Shown here one piece after another: positions 1 through 12,700 of a stretch of DNA of 64,000 bases. Source of the DNA: Centroscyllium fabricii (lineage: Eukaryota). Position numbers and translations under genes: made by a program. The stretch lies in NCBI GenBank assembly GCA_051313645.2, contig JBNRSN020000089.1, positions 2,852,001-2,916,000 on the forward strand. Direction: 5' to 3'. Position 1 is the first letter of the stretch, and each line of letters begins with the position of its first letter. Below the pieces are notes generated by a model. That model did no database searches, had not been told where the DNA came from, and saw nothing but the letters and a program-made list of their open reading frames with translations.

Positions 1-939
1 AAAGTACCGGCCAGACGCTTTGACCACGTCCATATTGACCTCGTTGGGCCTCTACCAGCATCTCGCGGCCACACGCACCTACTGACCATGGTCGACCGCA
101 ACACCCGCTGGCCTGAAGCAGTTCCCCTCACTGCCACCAACACCACGGACCTAGCCAGGGCGTTCATCGCCACATGGATCGCCCGATTCGGCGTGCCCAT
201 GGACATCACCTCCGACAGAGGACCCCAGTTTACGTCGATGCTATGGGCGGCCATCGCTCGTGACCTCGGGGTGACGCTACACAGGACCACCGCATACCAC
301 CCACAGGCGAACGGCCTATGCGAACGGTTCCACCGCTCAATGAAGGCATCATTGCGGGCCACGCTGAAGGATGCTTCTTGGACCGACCGCCTTCCATGGG
401 TCCTCCTCGGGCTGCGCTCGGCAGTCAAAGAGGACCTCAATGCCTCAGCAGCAGAGCTCGTCTACGGCCAGGCTTTGACGGTACCGGGCGAATTTCTGGC
501 TGAGGCCAACTCACCCTGGTCAGCAGACCAGTATTTAAAAGACTGGGCAAACCCGGCACGAGCCTTTCAGCCATTGCCAGTGGCCCGGCATGGAGAGCCG
601 GCAGCTTGGGTGCCAGAGGACATTAAAAATGCCAAATGGGTATTTATCAGACGAGACGGGCACCGAGCCCCTTTACAGCCACCGTACAATGGCCCTTATA
701 GAGTGCTTCGGGCGGGAGACAAGTTCTTCGAGTTACAAATGGGCAAAAGAACTGAGACAGTAACTATAGACCGGCTCAAGCCGGCACACGTGACAGCGGG
801 CGAGACCACGTTCCCCGCGCAACCACCACAACGCGGTCGCCCTCCCGCACCTAAACCCGCCCACACTCCAACGCAGAACCGGCAACAACGAACAACACGG
901 TCCGGCCGCATCATCCGACCGCCCCAACGGCACACATAG
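1..939 (+). CDS. pol: Gypsy pol C-terminus: rve integrase core plus GPY/F domain (5'-partial)
   Basis: Frame is open from base 1 (KVPARRFDHVHIDLVGPLP...). Motifs ITSDRGPQFTS, TTAYHPQANGLCERFHRSMK, LQPPYNGPYRV and IDRLKP, with a basic tail TTRSGRIIRPP. Stop TAG at 937-939. Confidence 0.93.
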   Translation, partial: KVPARRFDHVHIDLVGPLPASRGHTHLLTMVDRNTRWPEAVPLTATNTTDLARAFIATWIARFGVPMDITSDRGPQFTSMLWAAIARDLGVTLHRTTAYHPQANGLCERFHRSMKASLRATLKDASWTDRLPWVLLGLRSAVKEDLNASAAELVYGQALTVPGEFLAEANSPWSADQYLKDWANPARAFQPLPVARHGEPAAWVPEDIKNAKWVFIRRDGHRAPLQPPYNGPYRVLRAGDKFFELQMGKRTETVTIDRLKPAHVTAGETTFPAQPPQRGRPPAPKPAHTPTQNRQQRTTRSGRIIRPPQRHT

Positions 940-971
940 ACACGGCAATTTATTTCTCCCGGATGGATTCT

Positions 972-979
972 GGGGGGAG
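972..979 (+). other. Polypurine tract
   Basis: GGGGGGAG directly upstream of the LTR start. Confidence 0.85.
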
Positions 980-980
980 C

Positions 981-1227
981 TGTGTAGCGGCACACCCGCT
1001 GGGATTACGAATCCGCCAACGGGGCTCCGCGGAGCGCAGCTCGCTCAACCACGTGATGCGGTTGCGTCACCACGTCGGTGGACGTGATGACGTCACCAAC
1101 GGCGGGACAGTTTAAGTATGTTGATACCTCGTGGTTCTGCCTCTTCCATGATTTGAATTCCTAGAGTAAAGTTGTGTTTTCCTTTAGCTCTGTCTCTGTG
1201 CATTCTTTAAGTACTCGCAGCTCCACA
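981..1227 (+). repeat. 3' LTR (~247 bp) of the Gypsy element
   Basis: Begins TGTGTAGCGGC and ends GCAGCTCCACA (9/11 inverted match; the start could be 983). Contains CACGTG (1050-1055), TGACGTCA (1088-1095), TTTAAG (1111) and an AGTAAA polyA-like signal (1165-1170). Confidence 0.8.
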
Positions 1228-4200
1228 ATATCCACCTGTGTACAATACATCAGACAATGTCCATCTGTGTACAATACATCAGACAATATCCATCTGTGAA
1301 CAATACATCAGAAAATGTCCATCTGTGTATAATACATCAGACATTATCCATCTGTGAGCAATACATCAGACAATATCCATCTGTGTACAATACATCAGAC
1401 AATATCCAACTGTGTACAATACATCAGTAAATGTCCATCTGTGTACAATACATCAGACAATATCCATCTGTGTACAATACATCAGACATTATCCATCTGT
1501 GAACAATAGAGCAGACATTATCTATCTGTGTACAATTCATCAGACATTGTCCATCTGTGAACAATACGTCAGACATTATCCATCTGTGATCAATAGAGAA
1601 GTAAATATCCATCTGTGTACAATTCATCAGACATTGTCCAACTGTGAACAATACATCAGACATTATCCATCTGTGTACAATACATCAGAAAATATCCATT
1701 TGCGTACAATATTACAGTAAATGTGCATCTGTGTACAATACATCAGACAATGTCCATCTGTGTACAATATATCAGACAATATGCACCTGTGTACAATACG
1801 TCAGACAATGTCCATCTGTGTACAATATTTCAGACGATATCCATCTGTGAACAATACATCAGACAGTGTCCATCTGTGAACAATACATCAGACAATATCC
1901 ATCTTTGTACAGTACATCAGACAATGTCTATCTGTGAACAATACATCAGACAATATCCATCTGTGTACAATACATAAGACAAATGTCCATCTGTGTACAA
2001 TACATCAGACAATATCCATCAGTGTACAATACATCAGACAATTTCCATCTGTGTACAATACATCAGACAATATACATCTGTGAACAATATATCAGAAAGT
2101 GTCCATCTGTGCACGATACACAAGACATTATCAATCTGTATACAATACATCAGATATTATCCATCTGTGTAGAATACATCCGACAATATCCTTCTGTGTA
2201 CAGTACATCAGATCATGTCCATCTGTGTACAATCCATCAGACATTGTCCAACTGTTTACAATACATCAGAAAATTTCCATCTGCGAACAATACATAAGAC
2301 ATTTTCCATCTGTGTACAATATATCAGACATTATCCATCTGTGTACAATACATCAGACAATATCCATCTGTGTACAATACATTAGACAACGTCCATCTGT
2401 GTACAATACATCAGACAATACCCATCTGTGTACAATACATCAGACAATATCCATCTGTGAACATTACATCAGACAATGTCCATCTGTGTACAATATATCA
2501 GAAAATGTGCATCTGTGAACAATCCATAAGACAATATCCATCTGTGTACAATACATCAGACAATATTCATCTGTGAACAATACATCAGACATTACCCATC
2601 TGTGTACAATACATCAGACAGTCCATCTGTGAACAATACATCAGACATTATCCATCTGTGTACAATACATCAGACAATATCCATATGTGTACAATACATG
2701 AGAACATTTCCATCTGTGTGCAATCCATCAGAAAATGTCCATCTGCGTACAATACATCAGAGAATGTCCATCTGTGTACAGTACATCAGACATTATCCAT
2801 CTGTGAACAATACTTCAGGCAATGTCCATCTGTGTACAATACATCAGATAATATCCATATGTGTGCAATACATCAGACAATGTCCATCTGTAGCCAATAC
2901 ATCAGACAATGTCGATCTTTGTACAATATATCAGACAATATGCATCTGTGTACAATACACCAGACAATGTCCATCTGTGTACAATACATCAGACAATGTC
3001 CATCTGTGAACAATACATCAGACAATATCCATTTTTTTACAATACATCAGACAATGTCCATCTGTGTACAATACATCAGACAATGTCCATCGGTGAACAA
3101 TACTTCAGACAATGTCCATCTGTGTACAATATATCAGACAATGTCCATCTGTGTACAATACATCAGAGATTATCCATCTGTGCACAATACATCAGAAAAT
3201 GTCCATCGGCGTACAATTCATCAGACAATATCCATCTGTGTACAATACATCAGACAATGCCCATCTGTGAACAATACATCAGACAATGTCCATCTGTGTA
3301 CATTACATCAGAAAATTTCCATCTGTGAACAATACATAAGACATTATCCATCTGTGTACAATACATCAGAAAATGTCCATCTGTGTACAATACATCAGAC
3401 ATTATCCATCTGTGAGCAATACATCAGACAATATCCTTCTGTGTACAATACATCAGACAATATCCATCTGCGTACAATACATCAGAAAATGTCCATCTGT
3501 GTAAAATACATCAGACAATGTCCATCTGTGTACAATACATCAGACAATATCCATCTGTGTACAATACATAAGACATTATCGTTCTGTGTACATTACATCA
3601 GATATTATCCATCTGTGAACAATACATCAGACAATATCCATCTGTGTACAATACATCAGACAAATGTCCATCTGTGTACAATACATCAGACAATATCCAC
3701 CTGTGTACAATACATCAGACAATGTCCATCTGTGTACAATACATCAGACAATATCCATCTTTGAACAATACATCAGAAAATGTCCATCTGTGTACAATAC
3801 ATCAGACATTATCCATCTGTGAGCAATACATCAGACAATATCCATCTGTGTACAATATATCAGACAATATCCATCTGTGTACAATACATCAGTAAATGTC
3901 CATCTGTGTACAATACATCAGACAATATCCATCTGTGTACAATACATCAGCCATTATCCATCTGTGAACAATAGAGCAGACATTATCAATCTGTGTACAA
4001 TACAACAGACATTATCCATCTGTGTACAATTCATCAGACATTGTCCAACTGTGAACAATACATCAGACATTATCCATCTGTGTACAATACATCAGACAAT
4101 ATCCATTTGTGTGCAATATAACAGTAAATGTGCATCTATGTACAATACATCAGACAATGTCCATCTGTGTACAATACATCAGACAATATGCACCTGTGTA

Positions 4201-5787
4201 CAATACATCAGAAAATTTCCATCTGTGTAAAATATTTCAGTTAATGTCCACCTGTGTACAATACATCAGACAATATCCATCTGTGTACAATACATAAGAC
4301 ATTATCGTTCTGTGTACAATACATCAGACATTATCCATCTGTGAACAATACATCAGACAATATCCATCTGTGTACAATACATCAGACAAATGTCCATCTG
4401 TGTACAATACATCAGACAATATCCACCTGTGTACAATACATCAGACAATGTCCATCTGTGTACAATACATCAGACAATATCCATCTGTGAACAATACATC
4501 AGAAAATGTCCATCTGTGTATAATACATCAGACATTATCTATCTGTGAGCAATACATCAGACAATATCCATCTGTCTACAATACATCAGACAATATCCAA
4601 CTGCATACAATACATCAGTAAATGTCCATCTGTGTACAATACATCAGACAGTATCCATCTGTGTACAATACATCAGCCATTATCCATCTGTGAACAATAG
4701 AGCAGACATTATCAATCTGTGTACAATTTATCAGACATTGTCCATCTGTGAACAATACCTCAGACATTATCCATCTGTGAACAATAGAGAAGTAATTATC
4801 CATCTGTGTACAATTCATCAGACATTGTCCAACTGTGAACAATACATCAGACATTATCCATCTGTGTACAATACATCAGACAATATCCATTTGTGTACAA
4901 TATTACAGTAAATGTGCATCTGTGTACAATACATCAGACAATGTCCATCTGTGTACTATACATCAGACAATAAGCACCTGTGTACAATACATCAGACAAT
5001 GTCCATCTGTGTACAATATTTCAGACGATATCCATCTGTGAACAATACATCAGAGAGTGTCCTTCTGTGAACAATACATCAGACAATATCCATCTTTGTA
5101 CAATACATCAGACAATGTCTATCTGTGAACAATACATCAGACAATATCCATCTGTGTACAATACATAAGACAAATGTCCATCTGTGTACAATACATCAGA
5201 CAATATCCATCAGTGTACAATACATCAGACAATTTCCATCTGTGTACAATACATCAGACAATATACATCTGTGACAATATATCAGAAAATGTCCATCTGT
5301 GCACGATACATAAGACATTATCAATCTGTATACAATACATCAGACATTATCCATCTGTGTAGAATACATCCGACAATATCCTTCTGTGTATAGTACATCA
5401 GATCATGTCCATCTGTGTACAATCCATCAGACATTGTCCAACTGTTTACAATACATCAGAAAATTTCCATCTGTGAACAATACATAAGACATTATCCATC
5501 TGTGTACAATACATCAGACAATATCCATCTGTGTACAATACATTAGACAACGTCCATCTGTATACAATACATCAGACAATGTCCATCTGTGTACAATACA
5601 TCAGACAATATCCATCTGTGAACATTACATCAGACAATGTCCATCTGTGTACAATATATCAGAAAATGTGCATCTGTGAACAATCCATAGGACAATATCC
5701 ATCTGTGTACAGTACATCAGTCAATGCTCATCTGTGTACAATAGATCCGAAAATGTCCATGTGTGAACAATACATAAGACATTATCC
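1228..5787. repeat. 29-bp satellite array, block 1
   Basis: Tandem TCCATCTGTGTACAATACATCAGACAATG/A with scattered substitutions and rare indel monomers. Confidence 0.99.
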
Positions 5788-6161
5788 TGAAGGGGGAGGG
5801 GAACCAGTTAGAAGTTGTGGTCCACATTGGCACCAACGACATAGGAAAAAAGGGGGACGAGGTCCTGCAAAGAGAATTTAGGGAGCTGGGTAAAAAGCTA
5901 AAAAGCAGGAACCCAAAGGTTGTAATCTCTGAATTACTCCCAGTGCCACGAGCAAGTGAGTGTAGGAACCGTAACATAGAGCAGCTAAATTCGTGGCTAA
6001 GAAGTTGGTGTAAGAAGGAGGGTTTCAGCTTTTTGGACAATTGGTCTTGCTTCTGGGGTAAGTGGAACCTGTACATGCCGGACGGGTTGCACCTGAACCG
6101 GAATGGGACCAATATCCTTGCGGGAAGGTTTGATAGTCGGGTTGGTTTGGGTTTAAACTAA
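5788..6161 (+). pseudogene. CR1 ORF1 C-terminal SGNH/esterase-like domain (truncated)
   Basis: VVVHIGTNDIG and DGLHLNRNG motifs; ends GLN*. Confidence 0.88.
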
Positions 6162-6268
6162 AATGGCAGGGGGAGGGGACCCAGAGTGAAGGCATAAAGG
6201 GTAGGGGAATACAACCTAATAAAGGGAAGCAGACTAGACAGCAAAACAAGGTAGTATTAGGTCAGAGA

Positions 6269-9074
6269 ATGAAAGGTATATATTTTAACGCAAGGAGTCT
6301 GACTAACAAGGTGGATGAGTTAAAGGTATTGGTTGACACATGGGAATATGATATAGTAGCTATCACGGAGACGTGGCTGAAGGAGGGGCAGGAATGGCAG
6401 CTAAATATTCCGGGGTATAGAATTTTCAGGCGGGACAGAGACGAGTGAAAGAGGGGAGGGGGGTAGCGATACTGATTAAAGATTCAATCACAGCCATCAG
6501 GCGGGTCGACCTAATGGATGATTCCTCAAACGAGGCACTATGGGTGGAGGTAAAAAATAAAAAGAGGGGGGGCACCTTACTGGGAGTATATTATAGACCA
6601 CCAAACAGTAATGGGGAGATGGAGGGTAAGATATGTGGGCAAATCACGAAGATAAGCGAAAATAACAAAGTAATAATATTAGGGGACTTTAATTTCCCCA
6701 ACATCAACTGGGATTGTCAGAGTGTGAGGGGCACGGAAGGTTCAGCATTCTTAAAATGCAGCCAAGAGAGTTTTTTGAAGCAATATGTAGGGTCACCTAC
6801 AAGGGGGGGGGGGGCGGTACTAGACCTAATACTTGGGAATGAAGACGGGCAGATAGAGGAAGTAACAGTGGGGGAGCACTTCGGGGATAGCGACCACAAT
6901 TCAGTTAGTTTCAAGATTGTAATAGAGAAGGATAAAAATGGACCAGGGGTAAAAGTACTAAACTGGGGGAAGGCGGATTTCATTAAAATTAGGCGCGATG
7001 TAGCCGCAGTAGACTGGGGCCATCTTCTCAGAGGAAGATCTGCATCAGAGCAGTGGGAGGCCTTCAGAGGGAAGGTCGGGAAGATACAGGAGGAACATGT
7101 TCCTGTAAAAATCAAGGGCGGGGGAGGTAAACAAAGGGAACCTTGGATGTCTAGGGATATATGTAAATTAATGAAGAAAAAAAGGGGGGCCTTCAATGAA
7201 TATAAACGGCTAAAAACTGAGGAGGCGCTAGGGGAGTATAAGAAGTATAGGGGGGAATTAAAGAAGGAGATAAGAAAAACCAAGAGGGGTCATGAGATTG
7301 CAATGGCCGGCAAAATCAAGGATAACCCTAAGGCATTTTACAGTTATATAAAAAACAAAAGGATCACGAGGGAAAGAGTGGGGCCCATTAAGGACGATAG
7401 CGGAAAGCTGTGCGTCGAGCCCGAGGTGGTGGGGGAGGTACTAAACGAATTTTTCTCTTCAGTATTCACAAGAGAGAGGGACGGAACCGACATCGTAATC
7501 GGACAGAGTGTAGGGGGGGTAATTGAGGATATTACCATTACAAGGGAAGAATTACTAGAAATCTTGGGAAGCTGAAAGGTAGACAAATCACCAGCGCCGG
7601 ACGCGATGTTCCCCAGGCTGCTGTTTGAGGCCAGGGAAGAGCTTGCGGGCCCCCTGTCTCAAATTTTCAGGTCCTCTCTCGCGTCAGGGGACGTACCCGA
7701 GGACTGGAGAACGGCTAATGTAGTACCCCTGTTTAAAAAGGGTAGTAGGGACAAACCGGGTAACTATAGGCCAATCAGTCTTACATCTGTAGTGGGGAAA
7801 GTAATGGAAAAAATTCTGAGGGACAAAATCAGTCTGCATTTGGAAAGGCAGGGTCTGATAAGAGATAGTCAACATGGCTTCGTCAAAGGTAAGTCGTGCC
7901 TAACTAATCTCTTGGAATTCTTCGAAGAGGTAACAAAAAGGATGGATGAAGGGAGTACGGTCGACGTGGTGTATATGGACTTCAGCAAGGCTTTTGATAA
8001 ATTCCCACACAGGAGACTGATAACAAAGGTAAAAGCACATGGGATACAGGGCAACGTGGCACAGTGGATTAAAAATTGGCTGGGGGACAGGAGACAAAGG
8101 GTAATCGTAGAGGGCTGCTTCTGCGACTGGAAACCAGTAACCAGCTGTGTCCCCCAAGGATCGGTTTTGGGACCCTTACTGTTTCTAGTATACATTAATG
8201 ATTTGGACACGGGAGTAGGGGGTACGATCAGCAAATTTGCTGATGATACGAAAATTGGAAGGGTGGTAAATAACGATGAAGATAGTAAAAGGCTCCAGGA
8301 AGATATAAATGTAATGGTTAGTTGGGCAGAAAAATGGCAAATGGAGTTCAACCCAGAGAAATGCGAGGTCATACAATTCGGCAGACCAAATGGGGTAAGG
8401 GAATATACCATGAACAAAAAAACGTTAGGTAGAACCGAGGAACAGAGGGACCTTGGGGTACAGGTGCACAGCTCCCTGAAGGTTGCTGGACACGTAAACA
8501 AGGTGGTTAAGAAGGCATACGGAATTCTGGCCTTTATTAACCAGGGCATAGTGTACAAAAGTAGGGAGGTAATGTTAAACTTGTATAACACGCTGGTGAG
8601 TCCTCAGCTGGAGTACTGTGTGCAGTTCTGGTCACCGCACTTCAGGAATGATGTGGTTGCCCTGGAGAGGGTGCAGAGAAGGTTTACCAGGATGATACCT
8701 GGTCTGGGGACTTATGCTACGAGGAAAGGCTGGACAGGCTGGGGTTGTTTGCCTTGGAGAAGAAAAGATTGAGGGGTGACATGATCGAGGTATACAGGAT
8801 CATGAGGGGACACGATAAGGTGTATAAAGGGGCATTGTTTCCCTTGGTGGGAGAGTCAAGTACCAGGGGACATGGATTCAAGATTAGTGGGGTGAGGTTT
8901 AGGGGGGAGGTAAGGAGAAATTTATTTACTCAGAGGGTGGTGGAAGTGTGGAACTCCCTGCCTGTAAGGGTGGTGGAGGCAGAAATCATCGCAACATTTA
9001 AAAAAATTTTGGACCAGCACATGAAGGACCGTAACATACAGGGTTATGGGCCAGATGCGGGCAAATGGGATTAG
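6269..9074 (+). pseudogene. CR1 ORF2 (AP endonuclease + reverse transcriptase), disrupted
   Basis: Motifs GDFNFP, SDH, YRPISLTS, PQGSVLGP and KFADDTK. Frameshift near 6446, nonsense TGA at 7573-7575 (TTA in copy 2), frameshift near 8707. Confidence 0.93.
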
Positions 9075-9789
9075 TATAGCGAGGAGTTTCCTGGGCCGGT
9101 ACGGACTGGATGGGCTGAATGGCCTTTATCCGCACTGTAAAGTTTCTATGATTCTATTATTCTATGATTATCCATCTGTGTACAATACATCAGATATTTT
9201 CCATCTGTGTACAATACATCAGAAAATGTCCATCCGTGAACAATACATAAGACATTATCCATCTGTGTACAGTACATCAGTCAATGTCCATCTGTGTACA
9301 ATACATCAGACAATGTCCATCTGTGTACAGTACATCAGACAATGTCCATCTGTGTACAGTACATCAGACAATGTCCTTCTGTGTACAGTACATCAGACAA
9401 TGTCCATCTGTGTACTGTACATCAGACAATGTCCTTCTGTGTACAGTACATCAGATCATGTCCAGCTGTGTACAATACATCAGAATTGTCCATCTGTGTA
9501 CAATACATCAGAAAATGTCCATCTCTATACAATACATCAGAAAATGACCATCTGTGAACAATACATAAGACATTATCCATCTGTGTACAATACATCAGAC
9601 AATGTCCATTTGTGAACAAAATATCAGCCAATATCCATCTGTGAACAATACATCAGACAATGTCCATCTGTATACAATACATCAGTCAATATCCATCTGT
9701 GTACAATACATCAGACAATATCCATCTGTGTACAGTACATCAGACAATTTCCACCTGTCTACAATATATCAGACAATGTCCATCTGTGA

Positions 9790-12700
9790 ACAATACATCA
9801 GACAATGTCCATCTGTGTACAATACATCAGACAATATCCATCTGTGTACAATACATCAGACAATATCCATCTGTGAACAATACATCAGGCAATTTCCACC
9901 TGTCTACAATATATCAGACATTGTCCATCTGTGTACAATACATCAGAGATTGTCCATCTGTGTACAATACATCAGACTTTGTCCATCTGAGTACAATACA
10001 TTAGACAATGTCCTTCTGTGAACAATATATCAGACAATGTCCATCTGTGAACAATACATCAGACAATGTCCATCTGTGTACAATACATCAGACAATGTCC
10101 ATCTGTGTACAATAAATCAGACAATATCCATCTGTGAAAATTACATCAGACAATGTCCATCTGTGAACAATATATCAGAAAATGTCCATCTGTGAACAAT
10201 CCATAAGACAATATCCATCTGTGTACAGTACATCAGTCAATGTCCATCTGTGTACAATAGATCCGAAAATGTCCATTTGTGAACAATACATAAGACATTA
10301 TCAATCTGTGTACAATACATCAGACATTATCCATCTCTGTACAATACATCAGAAAATGTCCATCTGTGAACAATACATAAGACATTATCCATCTCTGTAC
10401 AATACATCAGACAATGTCCATTTGTGAACAAAATATCAGACAATATCCATTTGTGAACAATACATCAGACAATGTCCATCTGTGTACAATACATCAGACA
10501 ATTTCCAACTGTGTACAATACATCAGATAATATCCATCTGTATACGGTACATCAGACAATGTCCATCTGTGTACAATACATCAGAAAATATCGATCTTTG
10601 TACAATACATCACACAATGTCCATCTGTGAACAATACATCAGACAATGTCCATCTGTTTACAATACATCAGACAATGTCCACCTGTGTACAGTACATCAG
10701 ACAATGTCCATCTGTGTACAGTACATCAGACAATGTCCTTCTGTGTACAGTACATCAGATCATGTCCAGGTGTGTACAATACATCAGACATTGTCCATCT
10801 GTGTACAATACATCAGAAAATGTCCATCTCTGTACAATATATCAGAAAATGTCTATCTGTGAACAATCCATAAGACAATATCCATCTGTGTACAGTACAT
10901 CAGACAATATCCATCTCTGTACAATACATTAGAAAATGTCCATCTGTGAACAATACATCAGACATTATCCAGCTGTGTACAATACATCAGAAAATGACCA
11001 TCTGTGAACAATACATAAGACATTATCCATCTGTGTACAATACATCAGACAATGTCGATTTGTGAACAAAACATCAGACATTATCCATCCGTGAACAATA
11101 CATCAGACAATGTACATCTGTGTACAATACATCAGACAATATCCATCTGTGTACAATACATCAGACAATATCCATCTGTGTACAGTACATCAGACAATTT
11201 CCACCTGTTTACAATATATCAGACAATATCCATCTGTGAACAATACATCAATCAATGTCCATCTGTGTAAAATACATCAGACAAATATCCATCTGTGTTC
11301 AATACATCAGACAATATGCATCTGTGAACAATATATAAGACATTATCCATCTGTGTACAATACATCAGACATTATCCATCTGTGTACAATACATCAGAAA
11401 ATGTCCATCTGTGAACAATACATAAGACATTATCCATCTGTGTACAATACATCAGACATTATCCACCGGTGAACAATACATCAGAAAATATCCATCTGTG
11501 TACAATACATCAGACAAATGTCCATCTGTGTACAATATATCAGACAATATCCACCTGTGTACAATACTTCAGACAATGTCCATCTGTGTACAATAAATCA
11601 GACAATATCCATCTGTGAACAATACATCAGAAAATGTCCATCTGTGTACAATATATCAGACATTATCCATCTGTGAACAATACATCAGACAATAACCATC
11701 TGTGTACAATACATCAGACAATTTCCATCTCTGTACAATACATCAGAAAATGTCCATCTGTGTATAATACATCAGACAATATCCATCTGTGTACAATACA
11801 TCAGCCATTATCCATCTGTGAACAATAGAGCAGTCATTATACACCTGTGTACAATATATCAGACATTGTCCATCTGTGAACAAGACATCAGACATTATCC
11901 AGCTATGTACAATACATCACACCATATCCATCTGTGTACAATAAATCAGACAATGTCCATCTGTGTACAATCCATCAGACAATATCCATCTGTGAACAAT
12001 AGATCAGACAATGTCAATCTGTGTACAATACATCAGACAATATCCAGCTGTTTAGAATACATCAGACAATGTCCATCTGTGAAAAATACATCAGACAATG
12101 TCCATCTGTGTACAATACATCAGATATTGTCCATCTGTGTACAATACATCAGACAATATGCACCTGTGTACAATACATCAGACAATGTCCATCTGTGTAC
12201 AATACATCAGACAATATCCATCTGTGTACAATACATCTGAAAATGTCCATCTGTGTACAATATATCAGACAATATCCATCTGTGTACAATACATCAGACA
12301 TTATCCATCTGTGAACAATACATCAGACATTATCCATCTGTGTACAATACATCAGACATTGTCCATCGGTGAACAATACATCAGACATTATCCATCTGTC
12401 TACAATACATCAGACAATATCCATCTGTGTACAATACATGAGAAAATGTCCATCTGTGAGCAATCCATCAGACAATATCCATCTGTGTACAATACATCAG
12501 GGAATGTCCATCTGTGTACAATACATCAGACATTATCCATCTGTGAACAATACTTCTGACAATGTCCATCTGTGTACAATACAACAGACGATATCCATCT
12601 GTGTACAATACATCAGACAATGTCCATCTGTGAACAATATATCAGACAATGTCCATCTGTGGACAATATATCAGACAATGTCGATCTGTGTACAATACGT

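Larger units (their letters stand above)
1..1227 (+). mobile_element. 3' portion of a Ty3/Gypsy LTR retrotransposon (integrase, PPT, 3' LTR); 5' part lies outside the window
   Basis: Integrase ORF, then polypurine tract, then TG...CA-bounded LTR, then an abrupt switch to satellite at 1228. Confidence 0.93.
5788..9166 (+). mobile_element. CR1 LINE copy 1, 5'-truncated in ORF1 (~3.4 kb)
   Basis: ORF1 esterase remnant, APE-RT ORF2, 3' hairpin and (ATTCTATG)n tail. Flanked by direct repeat ATTATCC at 5781-5787 and 9167-9173. Confidence 0.97.

Noticed and set aside
6717-8591. Minus-strand ORFs over the CR1 elements (also 30846-33724 and 63524-63841)
   Set aside because: Antisense shadows of the purine-rich ORF2 with no recognisable domains.
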